Source: a virus (taxonomy: Duplodnaviria > Caudoviricetes). Taken from it: a stretch of 58,452 nucleotides of DNA. Shown in pieces: positions 26,928 to 35,792 of the stretch; the stretch's first letter is position 1; each line of letters starts with the position of its first letter. The DNA is taken from positions 1-58,452 of the IMG/VR virus record IMGVR_UViG_3300024430_000001; one strand, written 5' to 3'. The position numbers and the translations under genes were made by a program. A model generated the notes under the pieces. The model had not been told where the DNA came from, ran no database searches, and was given only the letters and a program-made list of their open reading frames with translations.

Positions 26928-27448
26928 AGGTCGGTCAAGGCCGCGTCGATGTCCTCGTCGGGGTGACTGGCGGTCGGCTCCGCTGGGGCTTCCTCGACGG
27001 CGGGCCGGTCGCCGGTCGGCGGGGGTCCGACCGCCTGGCGGCGCCGGTGCGCCCGCTGCTGCTTGCCGATCGCGTCAGCAGTCACCCCGTAGCCCAGTAC
27101 CGACAGCCGGTCGGCGATCTCCTGCTGGGTCGCCTCCCCCCATGCCGGATGGCAGAGCAGCCGTCCGATGTAGTCGGTGGCCTGGCGGGCGTACTGCTCG
27201 GCGGCCGCCCTTCGGCGAGCAACCTCGGCGATCCGCTGGGGGATCGGCAGCAGCATCAGATCAAGGTCGTCGACCGAACCGGCAGGCAGGAGGCTGCCGA
27301 CCGGGGGCAGGAAGATGAGGAGGCGATCCGGCTCGTCGGTCGCCTCCGCGCCGCCGTCAGCCGACTGGAGGTCGCCCGCTGTCTCCGGGAGCACCGACTC
27401 GTGGTCGGCGTCCAGCTCGGCGAGGGTGCGGTCCGTGGTCGCGGTCAT
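26909..27448 (-). CDS. Hypothetical protein with possible HTH
   Basis: ATQQEIADRL...VTADAIGK; ATGA overlap with the kinase gene. Confidence 0.55.
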   Translation of the reverse strand: MTATTDRTLAELDADHESVLPETAGDLQSADGGAEATDEPDRLLIFLPPVGSLLPAGSVDDLDLMLLPIPQRIAEVARRRAAAEQYARQATDYIGRLLCHPAWGEATQQEIADRLSVLGYGVTADAIGKQQRAHRRRQAVGPPPTGDRPAVEEAPAEPTASHPDEDIDAALTDLWSDAT

Positions 27449-28095
27449 CGCGGGCTGGCTTCGGCTTGGTGTTCCGCCCACATCTGCCGGATGCGGTCGG
27501 CGCCGACCGGCTCGGGCCGGGCGTCGTCGGGTGCGGGCTGGGATCGGGCGAGGTCGCGGGCGATGCAGATCTCGATCGGCACGTCGAGCAAGCTGACGAT
27601 CTCCAGGCGAGCGCCGGCCGTGGCCGCTAGTGCGACCGCTTCCGCGACCCGCTCGGCGGTCAGATGAGTGTCGTCCATGATCACGTCGTAGCCGTGAGAC
27701 AGCAGCGCAGATACTGCCGCGTGCTGGATCACGCTCACCATCGCCTCAGCGTCGACATCGCCATGCGGCCACGGACCACGCCGCAGCATGGCCCGGATGT
27801 CATCCCTGTTGACGCGGGCACGCCGCGCCGGGTCGGTGGCCACCCAGGCTCGTGCCCAGGTGCTCTTGCCGGATCCAGGCAGACCGCGGGTGATGACGAG
27901 GGTGGGCGCGAACCGGTCGAGCAGTGCGCCGCGCTCCCGGTCGGACAGCTCGGCGCTGTAGGTCAGCATGCGCAGCGCGTCGCGGGCGTCGGCCAGGGTC
28001 ACCGCGCCCAGGGCACGCAGCGCAGCCTCAGCCTCGTCGATGAGCGGGTGGCCGGCCCACAGGCGCGGATCGTCGCGATAGGTGGGGTCGATCAT
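27445..28095 (-). CDS. P-loop kinase (AAA_33, polynucleotide kinase-like)
   Basis: LVITRGLPGSGKSTWA, RVNRDDIR, VIMDDTH, VPIEICIARD motifs of the T4 Pnk kinase domain. Confidence 0.85.
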   Translation of the reverse strand: MIDPTYRDDPRLWAGHPLIDEAEAALRALGAVTLADARDALRMLTYSAELSDRERGALLDRFAPTLVITRGLPGSGKSTWARAWVATDPARRARVNRDDIRAMLRRGPWPHGDVDAEAMVSVIQHAAVSALLSHGYDVIMDDTHLTAERVAEAVALAATAGARLEIVSLLDVPIEICIARDLARSQPAPDDARPEPVGADRIRQMWAEHQAEASPR

Positions 28096-28160
28096 GGCGG
28101 TCTCCTCTACGGTGTAGGGGAGACCGGGCTACTACGGGTGGCCCGGTCTCTCTATGTCGG

Positions 28161-28442
28161 TCAGGCGCACTCGGTGCGCAGCTCGGGCAGCCAGCCGATC
28201 ACGTGGTCGTTGGCCTCGACGATCAGGCTCAGGACCGCGTCGAGTGCGTCCGCCCGTGCCGGTCCGGTGAACGAGCCGTCGGCGTAGGCCCAGCCGGGTA
28301 ACCGCTGGGCGGTGTTGTTGACGAGCCAGGCGTACACGGCGTCGGCTGCGGCGCGGGCGACGGTCGGGGTCTCGTCATCGGCGAATCCGCGGGCGGTTTC
28401 CGTGAGGGTCCATTCCGGGTCGGTCAGGGTCATCTTCGTCAT
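28161..28442 (-). CDS. Small hypothetical protein
   Basis: 93 aa, divergent from the HTH gene at 28548. Confidence 0.65.
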   Translation of the reverse strand: MTKMTLTDPEWTLTETARGFADDETPTVARAAADAVYAWLVNNTAQRLPGWAYADGSFTGPARADALDAVLSLIVEANDHVIGWLPELRTECA

Positions 28443-28452
28443 GGTTTTAGTT

Positions 28453-28541
28453 TACGGCAGAAGTGCCGTATAAACCAAGAAGCTTACGGCGGAATCGCTG
28501 TAAACTTGCTGACACTTAATACGGCGGGAGTGCCGTATAGT
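28453..28541. promoter_or_regulatory. Three 18-bp palindromic operators in a divergent promoter
   Basis: TACGGCAgaagTGCCGTA (28453-28470), TACGGCGgaatCGCTGTA (28485-28502), TACGGCGggagTGCCGTA (28520-28537); TATAGT -10 at 28536-28541. Confidence 0.8.
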
Positions 28542-28547
28542 GGGGGT

Positions 28548-28790
28548 ATGGCAGAACGACTCGGCAACAACGCCGCAGCCGCCCACCTCGGCATACGGCC
28601 GTCCACGTGGCGCGACTACGTCGCAGACGGCCGCGCTCCTGCCCCTGACGGCATCGACGAAGGCTTCGGCAAGCCGTACTGGCTCAAGAGCAGCCTGGAC
28701 AAATGGCAGGCGTCGCGCCCCGGCCGCGGCCGCCGTCGAATAGGAGGCCACTTGGCGGATAGCGCCGAGGTACGGGCGGAGCTTCAGTAG
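28548..28790 (+). CDS. AlpA/MerR-like HTH regulator
   Basis: AAAHLGIRPSTWRDYVADGRAPAPDG...W....D.W...RPGRG; leaderless ATG. Confidence 0.8.
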   Translation: MAERLGNNAAAAHLGIRPSTWRDYVADGRAPAPDGIDEGFGKPYWLKSSLDKWQASRPGRGRRRIGGHLADSAEVRAELQ

Positions 28791-28956
28791 CATGGACTCG
28801 TGATCGAATGGGAACTGCCGCACCATCGTGACATTAATTGTCGTTGATCCGACAGTGGCATGTACCTGCTCGTGATGAGATGACTGCCTTATGTCACTAG
28901 CCGCAAACGAGGAACCCGTGCGACGGTAACCTCAGGAAAGAAAGGGCGTTTAGCCA

Positions 28957-29181
28957 TTGCCACGCCCGCGTCACAGATACGGCGAATACGAGCAGTTGCT
29001 CACAGCACTGGAGAGTAAGAGGTGGCTGGTAGACGGAGGTGGAGATAGGCACTTTCGACTGAGGTGCCCCTGCCCGCGGCGATGTATGTTGGTCGTTTCG
29101 ACGACACCAAGATCGCGATCCGGCACCTTTCAGATCGTGAAACGGCAACTCCGCAAGCAAACGTGTTGGAAGGAGGACTGA
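28957..29181 (+). CDS. HicA-like toxin (putative)
   Basis: Basic 74 aa; W.V..GG..HFRL.CPC....V..TP pattern; lower GC. Confidence 0.55.
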   Translation: MPRPRHRYGEYEQLLTALESKRWLVDGGGDRHFRLRCPCPRRCMLVVSTTPRSRSGTFQIVKRQLRKQTCWKED

Positions 29182-29495
29182 TGAACGACTATCTCATCTC
29201 TGTCGAGATGTGGTTTGTTGGCCCGGCCGAGAGCACGGAGGACGACTTCGAGGCGTTCCTGAACCAGGTGCTAGCGCAACTGGAGAACATCGAACGCGAG
29301 GTCACGCTCGCCGCCCGCCTACGCGAAAAGATGGCCGACTTCGGCACAGTTGCCGAAGGTGAGACCTTCGACGAGGCACTAGCCAGCTATCTGATCGACC
29401 TGAGAACCGCGCTTCACGCCGCCGGCGCTAACACGCAGGGGTGGCCGCAGTTCGTGGTCAAAGATCAGAAGGCTCACGAACTCCAATCGGCTTAG
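29181..29495 (+). CDS. HicB-like acidic antitoxin (putative)
   Basis: AGGAGG RBS, TGATG coupling to the toxin gene, AEGETFDEAL motif. Confidence 0.5.
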   Translation: MNDYLISVEMWFVGPAESTEDDFEAFLNQVLAQLENIEREVTLAARLREKMADFGTVAEGETFDEALASYLIDLRTALHAAGANTQGWPQFVVKDQKAHELQSA

Positions 29496-29510
29496 CCCCC
29501 CTCAATGACT

Positions 29511-29540
29511 AAAGCCCCCGCCGAGTGCGGGGGCTTTTTT
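29511..29540. terminator. Intrinsic terminator
   Basis: AAAGCCCCCGC-CGAGT-GCGGGGGC-TTTTTT. Confidence 0.88.
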
Positions 29541-30209
29541 CGCGTTCACCTCGCGCGGACGGGAGTCAGCCCCGCTGCCGCTTCGCCAGATACGCCGACC
29601 ACCGCTGTGTGCACACCTCACACCACACGGCTGGCCTGGTCCGCAGTGTCACATCCTGCGCATCGGCGGGGATCGGGATACCGCACTGGGTGTGGTCACC
29701 AGCGCCGGTCTCGTGGTCGGCGATATGCCGGACGTAGGGCTCGGTCACCGCTGCTCCTCCCGCAGCCAGGCCAGCAGCCGCTGGCACACCTCGTCGGAGT
29801 CATCCCACCTGCGACGCAAGGCCGAATCGCACAGCAGCCGCTCGGCCTCTGCCGCCCCAGGGTGGCGTGGGGTGAGGACCAGCTCGATGACGGTCACCAC
29901 TGCCTCCGCCTGATCGCCGCGGTCGCCTCGTCGATGCGCCGGCCCAGCGGCTCCCCGTCAGCACGCGGGCGTAGCCGCGGTCGGCGGCGGGTGGCCCGGT
30001 AGCGCGTGTGGCAGATGACCGTCAGCAGCGTCACCACAGCCAGAGCTAGCAGTCCTAGGGCTACATCCATGCCACACCTCGGTGGAGGGAGATGGTGCCG
30101 GGGATGCGGCGACTAGAGTGAGAGTGCGCGCGACCCGGCACGCGATGGGTTTCGAGCCAGGGGCCGAGTGGCCCGTCTCGATGTCTAACGCTCATTCAAG
30201 CCGATAGGT

Positions 30210-30271
30210 AGCGGAACACTCCACCACTGTTCCGCTGGAACACTTTGTGTACCGGACACTGCGGGTACCCT
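30210..30271. promoter_or_regulatory. GntR operator/promoter region
   Basis: AGCGGAACA...TGTTCCGCT inverted repeat plus a further GGAACA; TACCCT -10 before leaderless ATG 30278. Confidence 0.55.
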
Positions 30272-30277
30272 GGCGGT

Positions 30278-31024
30278 ATGGCCGAGCCTGCATTTCGCCT
30301 GATCGCGGACTCGATCCGCGCGGACATCACCGCCCGCCGCCTCGTCGAAGGCGACCGGCTGCCCACCGTCCGCGACCTGGCCGCCCGCTACGAGGTCCCG
30401 ATCGGGACAGTCACGCGCGCACTCGATCTGCTCCGCGCTGAAGGCGTGATCGTCTCCCATCACGGCCGCGGCCTCTACGTCCGCTCGTTCGCCCGGATCG
30501 TCCGCTCCTCACCAGGCCGGCTCGCCAAATCCCACTGGGGCGCAGGACATGCCATCCAGGACGCCGACACTGGCGACCGGGTCCGGGTCGTGCACGTCGA
30601 GGTCAGCGAGGTCCCCGCCCCGCCGTGGGCCGCCGAGGCGTTCGCACTGCCCGAGGGTGTGAGTGTGCTGGCCCGCGTCCGCAGGTTCGCCGTGGACGAC
30701 CGGATCGTGCAGCTGGCCACCTCCTACCTGCCACTGGCCGTCGTCCACACCGTGCCCTCCGTCGCCTACACCGGACCAGGACCAGGCGGGATTTACGCAC
30801 GCATGGCCGAGGCGGGACTGGAGCCGGTCAGGTTCCGGGAGCGCATCCGCAGCCGTACGCCCACTTCCGACGAGGCGACGATGCTGGCCCTGCCGACCGG
30901 GGTTGCCGTGCACGAGATCACCCGCTGGGCGTGGACACACGACGGGCAGTGTGTGGAGGTCAACCGCATGATTCTCGATGCGTCGGCCTACGACCTGGAG
31001 TATCTGTTCAGCTCGGAGGGCTGA
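30278..31024 (+). CDS. GntR-family regulator, HutC/UTRA type (KorSA-like)
   Basis: GDRLPTVRDLAARYEV..GTV.RAL..LRAEG...GRGLYV wHTH; VQLATSYLP, GPGGIYAR UTRA domain. Confidence 0.92.
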   Translation: MAEPAFRLIADSIRADITARRLVEGDRLPTVRDLAARYEVPIGTVTRALDLLRAEGVIVSHHGRGLYVRSFARIVRSSPGRLAKSHWGAGHAIQDADTGDRVRVVHVEVSEVPAPPWAAEAFALPEGVSVLARVRRFAVDDRIVQLATSYLPLAVVHTVPSVAYTGPGPGGIYARMAEAGLEPVRFRERIRSRTPTSDEATMLALPTGVAVHEITRWAWTHDGQCVEVNRMILDASAYDLEYLFSSEG

Positions 31025-31205
31025 TCGGTACCCGCCGCGCATCCTTCGTTAGAGCGCGGCGGGCCGGGCTGCCGGGTGTCTGTGCGGAGATCCCCTGATC
31101 GGCATGCCACCATCCACCATAAGCTGTCCAGTCCTGTCTAGTTGATGAACTGGTGTGAACAGAACTGGACATGTCTGATAACTGGCGCGGTGCCATCCTG
31201 GCACG

Positions 31206-31511
31206 GTGGATCGCTGGTCACGGACGACAGTGCGGGACCAGATAGCCGCCGACCTGCGCCGACGCATCGCCGACGGGGAGTGGCCCGAAGACCGGCGCAT
31301 GCCGGGTGAGGTGGCGTTATCCCAGGAGTACGAGGTGGCTCGGGGAACCATCCGGGAGGCGCTGGCCGTACTGCGCGAGGAAGGTCTCATTGAGACCGAC
31401 CGGGGCCGCGGATCATGGGTGGTACGACCGGTCAAGCGCCCAGCAGAACCGCCGCGGCGGGCCAGCCCGGACAGCTGGCGCACCTCGCCGTTCCAGCCGC
31501 CGCCCGGATGA
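31206..31511 (+). CDS. Small GntR-type winged-HTH protein
   Basis: QIAADLRRRI..GEW...MPGEVALSQEYEVARGTIREAL..LREEGLI...GRGSWV. Confidence 0.88.
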   Translation: MDRWSRTTVRDQIAADLRRRIADGEWPEDRRMPGEVALSQEYEVARGTIREALAVLREEGLIETDRGRGSWVVRPVKRPAEPPRRASPDSWRTSPFQPPPG

Positions 31512-31545
31512 ATGTGCCAACGTTCCGGGTGAATGTGCCAATGTT
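31504..31545. repeat. 21-bp tandem repeat (2 copies)
   Basis: CCGGATGAATGTGCCAACGTT / CCGGGTGAATGTGCCAATGTT. Confidence 0.8.
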
Positions 31546-32180
31546 GAGGAATCAACCGTACGGCCGATTCTCCCTAACTGTTAGCTACCCGTGCAATTTG
31601 CGGCGTGCTTTTGCATGACAGTTGCGGCCCGATTGACCGGATGGGCGCGCTCCCATGGGGGCGGAAATGCGGCCCGGCATCTTATGCCCGACCGGCCATG
31701 GTTAGTCAAGACCAAGAATGTTGACCAATATTCGCGGCCGTGAATAGACCATTCATGTTAGGTCTTGATGACCCCTTGTCAACAGGAGTACCTTCACATT
31801 CTCCCTGGTGAGGCTGGTGCGAGACCCACCGGGGAGACACACCCAGCGGACGGCATCCGCGACAGCCGCCCTCACCGCCCCATGCGCCCGAGGAGGCACC
31901 CATGACCCTGCCCGCCCATCTCCGAAGCCGCTGGCGCCGCATCGCCGCCCGCATCGACGCCTGGATGCTCGACGCAGCCGGAATCACCCTCAGCCGCCAC
32001 CCACGACACTAACCACGCTCGTGCGGCCCTCCCGCCGCACGCCCGCAACGCCGCGGGCAACACCCATCCCCGGCCCGGCGCCGCCTCCGCCACGGCGCCC
32101 GGCCCACCCCGCATCACACCGCCCGGACGCCGCCACGCCGGACGCCGCCCCCGGGCGGCAAGCACCACCCGGACGCAGCC

Positions 32181-32822
32181 ATGAGCCGACGCTGCGCCCG
32201 GCACATCGGGGGACAGCACAACCGAAAGGACACCCCAGTGACTGAGCAACGAGAACCCTCACCGTCACCTGCCAAACCGAAGCCTTACCGCGCCTGCGCC
32301 CGCACCGCCGCCGCCCTGGCCTCCATCGGCCTGGCCCTCGCCATCGCAGGTGCCCTCCTCGCGGCCCGCGCCGGTCAAGGCATCGGTGCCGGTGCCTCCC
32401 TGACGGCCTCCCGGATGGGCTTCGGCATGGCTGTCATCGGCAGCGTCTGGCTGGTGCTCGTCCACCTCCGACGCCAGTTCCGCGAGCAGGAGCAGCTGCG
32501 GGCCGAAGATCACAAGCTGCTGGTGAGGATGGCTGCGGATATCGCGGCCCTCAAAAGTCGCGTGGACTCGGCAGGATCTCATGCAACAGTGGCAGCCCCG
32601 GCCGGACAGTCTCAATCGCCGCAGACCGGCCGCGGGCGCCGGCGCAAAGGGAAGGCCAATCAGCAGACGGACGCGGCCCAGGTGACCACCCCTGCGGCGG
32701 TGAACGGCTTCCGTACCTTGCAGCACGGACGAGATGACGCCTGGCTTGACGACATGTCCGAAGCGTTCCGGCTCGGACGCGAGGCCGAGCGGCGGCGAGG
32801 GCAGCGTCCGGCTGGCGAATGA
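32181..32822 (+). CDS. Membrane protein (2 TM plus coiled coil)
   Basis: Two hydrophobic helices; convergent with the integrase; start uncertain. Confidence 0.6.
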   Translation: MSRRCARHIGGQHNRKDTPVTEQREPSPSPAKPKPYRACARTAAALASIGLALAIAGALLAARAGQGIGAGASLTASRMGFGMAVIGSVWLVLVHLRRQFREQEQLRAEDHKLLVRMAADIAALKSRVDSAGSHATVAAPAGQSQSPQTGRGRRRKGKANQQTDAAQVTTPAAVNGFRTLQHGRDDAWLDDMSEAFRLGREAERRRGQRPAGE

Positions 32823-32869
32823 AAGGCTGGCGGGTGCCCCTGGGGTCAGACAGGGGCACCCGTCTCGCG

Positions 32870-33883
32870 TTATATTCCGCCCATCACGTCGACGCGATCG
32901 TAAGCCCTTCGTGCCCGCGCAGACCGCGCCGATCGACCATAGCGGCGCAGCATTTGAGGCGAATCCCACCCATTCAGCTCCATAAGATCACCTTCCGCGC
33001 CGCCAGCATCCAGCCAGCGGTGCGTGAAGGTATGGCGAAATTGATGAGGGTAGATTTTTAAGCCGATGCGCTTGCCCCGGCTTTCGATGGCTTGATAGAC
33101 GCCGCTCGGTGTGAGGGGACCTTTGGTGCCGAGCCACAGCCGGGAGGTGAACCGACCCGCCCTGTGGGTCGCTCTGGAACGCAGGTATCGGTCAAGGGCC
33201 TGGGCGCATTTGGCATCGAATTTGATGATGCGCTGCTTGCCGGCTTTTCCGGTGACCAGGAGTTCGAAGTTCCTCAAGTTCAAGTCATCTACTTCCAGGA
33301 CGGCCACCTCGGCGAGACGAGCTCCGCTGCACGCGTAGAGCCGTATCAGCGCAGCGTCGCGGCGGGACGAGAAATCTCGTCCCTTCTCGCAATCCTGGAC
33401 GAGGCGGGCAAGATCTTCACTTGCGATGACCGGCACGACTTTGTCGTCAATCGAGGGCGGCGACATCGACGCCAACGGGCTGGTCGTTTCCTCCTCGGCC
33501 GCATACCATTTCCAAAACTGTTGCAAGGCCCGATATTGATTGTTGGCATAGCCTTTTTCGTACGGACGCCCCTTCGGGCAGGGGGTCCGGGGATGACTGC
33601 GCGGCTTGCCACATCCGCAGCGCGTGCCACCTTCTTGAAACCAGGCCATGTAGAGCTCAAGGTGGCGTTTGCTGACGCTCGCCCAGTCGGCCACGTCTTG
33701 ATCGATAAGCCACCATGCGAGCTTCGCTGCGGCATCGGTGTAGGTGCGGCGCGTCTTGGGACTACGTCCCTTGGCGCGGAGCGAAAGCTCGAAGGATTCG
33801 ATCCATACCTGAAAGCTGGGGGGAAGATCTTCGTCAGGTCTCATATCTAGGCGGATCCTCTCTGACCGGTGTGCGATGGACAT
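32870..33883 (-). CDS. int: Tyrosine integrase
   Basis: RDAALIRL...GARLAE, GKAGKQR, HQFRHT, GW..PQM..RY catalytic residues. Confidence 0.95.
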   Translation of the reverse strand: MSIAHRSERIRLDMRPDEDLPPSFQVWIESFELSLRAKGRSPKTRRTYTDAAAKLAWWLIDQDVADWASVSKRHLELYMAWFQEGGTRCGCGKPRSHPRTPCPKGRPYEKGYANNQYRALQQFWKWYAAEEETTSPLASMSPPSIDDKVVPVIASEDLARLVQDCEKGRDFSSRRDAALIRLYACSGARLAEVAVLEVDDLNLRNFELLVTGKAGKQRIIKFDAKCAQALDRYLRSRATHRAGRFTSRLWLGTKGPLTPSGVYQAIESRGKRIGLKIYPHQFRHTFTHRWLDAGGAEGDLMELNGWDSPQMLRRYGRSARSARARRAYDRVDVMGGI

Positions 33884-33926
33884 GCCGCATCGCTGCGGCG
33901 GTGTCGTTCCTGGTCAGAGGAACTTT

Positions 33927-33976
33927 GAGCCCAGTATCGGACTCGAACCGATAACCTTCCGCTTACAAGGCGGATG
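33927..33976 (-). other. attP core: 3' half of tRNA-Thr(UGU)
   Basis: Minus strand CATCCGC-CTTGTAA-GCGGA-AGGTT-ATCGG-TTCGAGT-CCGAT-ACTGGGCTC gives anticodon arm, T arm and acceptor 3' strand; no D arm or 5' half; adjacent to int. Confidence 0.88.
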
Positions 33977-34063
33977 GGGCTCAACGGTATGCGATTCCTG
34001 CATCTGACCGGGGGACAGTCGAACGCAAAGGCGATAGGCGGATGGTGTAAAAATTGTTAATAG

Positions 34064-34489
34064 TCAATCTTTACTTTCTGGCGCTCCCCCAACAATGTCG
34101 ATTTGCTCCTTAATGCCACGCACGCGCTCCTCACGGTGACGTGCCTCCCGCGCCAGCTCGAGCACGATCCATCGGCGCTTCGTCTCATCATCAAGCGCTG
34201 TCGAGTTCTGGATGGTCTCCACGATCCAGGCGTCCTCGGGCGGTACGACGGACACCGGCAACTGACCCCGCTCGTAGTAGCCGACGCGCATAAGTAAGTC
34301 CATTTGGTCACGGTCAGTACGGTCGGCGACCTGGCGCACACTGGACTCGGCAACGTCGACTTCCATTCGAAGCCATCTGTCGATAGTGCGCTCGCGAAAG
34401 TCGATCTTTCTTGCAAGCGCGGCCTTGTTGCGACGGGGTATCTCGTCAAGCAATTCGTTGATGATCGTCGCCCATACTTCCCGGTTCAC
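34064..34489 (-). CDS. Immunity repressor (XRE-like HTH)
   Basis: NKAALARKIDFRERTIDRWLR HTH; GGGAG RBS before GTG 34489; divergent from the cro-like gene. Confidence 0.75.
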   Translation of the reverse strand: MNREVWATIINELLDEIPRRNKAALARKIDFRERTIDRWLRMEVDVAESSVRQVADRTDRDQMDLLMRVGYYERGQLPVSVVPPEDAWIVETIQNSTALDDETKRRWIVLELAREARHREERVRGIKEQIDIVGGAPESKD

Positions 34490-34512
34490 TACTCCCGCCA
34501 CCAGCGCATCGT

Positions 34513-34722
34513 ACCGGACACCAGTGTCCGGTCGCGAGGGTTCCGCATGGCGCAGTACACGTGGAGTCAGTAAGTCGATACCCCTGCGGCGGATCGCTCG
34601 GTCACGTTGACGCAGATCCATACCTCGCTGGATAGCCATGACGCCACTCTATGCGGACATTCGTGTCCGGTCAAACCTCAAAAACCACACCCTTGCCAGA
34701 CACGCATGTCCAGACCTATAGT
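34513..34722. promoter_or_regulatory. Lysis/lysogeny switch with GGACA-N4-TGTCC operators
   Basis: ACCGGACACcaGTGTCCGGT (34513-34532), CGGACAttcgTGTCCG (34654-34669), CAGACAcgcaTGTCCA (34697-34712) inside TTGCCA-N18-TATAGT. Confidence 0.8.
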
Positions 34723-34729
34723 CGGACAC

Positions 34730-35059
34730 GTGAGTCGCAGAAACGCCAGAAAGTCTGGACATCCAAGTCGGTACGCGCCACGTATCCGCTTACGCGAGTA
34801 CAGATCCAATGGCAAGAAGGAAGCGCTTCTTGACGCCGCCACCTACGCCCTTGGAAAGACCACGGACCTCTCCCGAGCCGAACTGTTTGAGGTAAGCGAC
34901 CGCACCATCCGCCGCGCCCGGCTCGGCATTCTGGGCGAGGATTTCATGGCGAAGGTCGTATCCGCGCTGAAACCTCACGAGTCCGACCTTGTCAATCTCG
35001 ATCTGGCTATCACGACCGTCGGGCTCGATACCTTCTTCGAGGTGTCCGATGGCTGGTGA
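34730..35059 (+). CDS. Cro-like HTH protein
   Basis: SRAELFEVSDRTIRRARLG HTH; leaderless GTG 7 nt after TATAGT. Confidence 0.65.
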   Translation: MSRRNARKSGHPSRYAPRIRLREYRSNGKKEALLDAATYALGKTTDLSRAELFEVSDRTIRRARLGILGEDFMAKVVSALKPHESDLVNLDLAITTVGLDTFFEVSDGW

Positions 35060-35294
35060 CTCTGTGCGAAGCATCGCTGGCCGGATAGCGGCCCACGCTC
35101 GTTGGGCCAAGCAAGATCGGGTTGACGGCACCAAGCCGGCCCGAGCGGGCTTCATGAATCGGTTCATCCGAGAGGTTGATCCAGAGGGAGTCCTGCCGCC
35201 TGACGAGCGCGCCCGACGGGCGAACAGCGCGATGCGCGCTCACATGTCCCGCTTGGCGCTGCGTAGTGCCAAGCGGCGAGCCAAGGCCGCATGA
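35049..35294 (+). CDS. Conserved actinophage hypothetical protein
   Basis: GRIAAH.RWA..DR...T.PAR..F..RF.REVDP.G.L...ER.RRA motif, seen next to actinophage immunity cassettes. Confidence 0.7.
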   Translation: MAGDSVRSIAGRIAAHARWAKQDRVDGTKPARAGFMNRFIREVDPEGVLPPDERARRANSAMRAHMSRLALRSAKRRAKAA

Positions 35295-35792
35295 GGATGA
35301 GCAGGCCCACGCCTCCGCCCAAGCCAACGCCCCCTTCGCGGCCCACCCCGGCAAGCAAGCCGCCCTCTGGTCCGCCACCCACGGGCCGCCCTAGCGCGCC
35401 CCCGAGACTCCACCAACTGACCGCAGCGATCGTCGCCATCGCGATCTTTATCCCATTGATCACCTGAGTTTGCCGGGCGGGCGTGTGAGGTCTGCTCCGC
35501 GCCTGTCCGCTGCACGGCCTGTCGTCGTCCTCATCGATCCACGGCGGCAGGCGCAAGACCCCGGTCCCGTCCGGTGAGGGGGTGGCGGGCGGGACCGGCG
35601 AAAGGCTCCGGCATCAGCCGGGGGACGTCGTGACGCAGACACCTGCGAAGACGACGTGGCGCGTGGGGCGCCGAGGGCCAGCCGGCCAACTGGGGCGGCC
35701 GGCTGGCCATCCCAGACCTGAATAGCCGCAAAGAAAACGGCCCGGCTGCGATCCGGGCCGATTGGATCAACGGAAGGAACAAGGGACTCCCG

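Noticed and set aside
29497-29540. Minus-strand hairpin followed by TCATTGAGG as a solitary CRISPR repeat
   Set aside because: Explained by a bidirectional terminator with U-tract; the stem-to-handle spacing differs from the arrays
33927-33976. Functional tRNA-Thr gene
   Set aside because: No D arm or 5' acceptor strand; better explained as the attP core
33861-34011. TCTGACC(G/A)G repeats as integrase arm sites
   Set aside because: Three copies are present, but Int appears to lack an arm-binding domain, so no function can be assigned
34490-34639. Longer 191-aa repressor start
   Set aside because: The extension runs through the operator and -10 region; GTG 34489 has a good RBS
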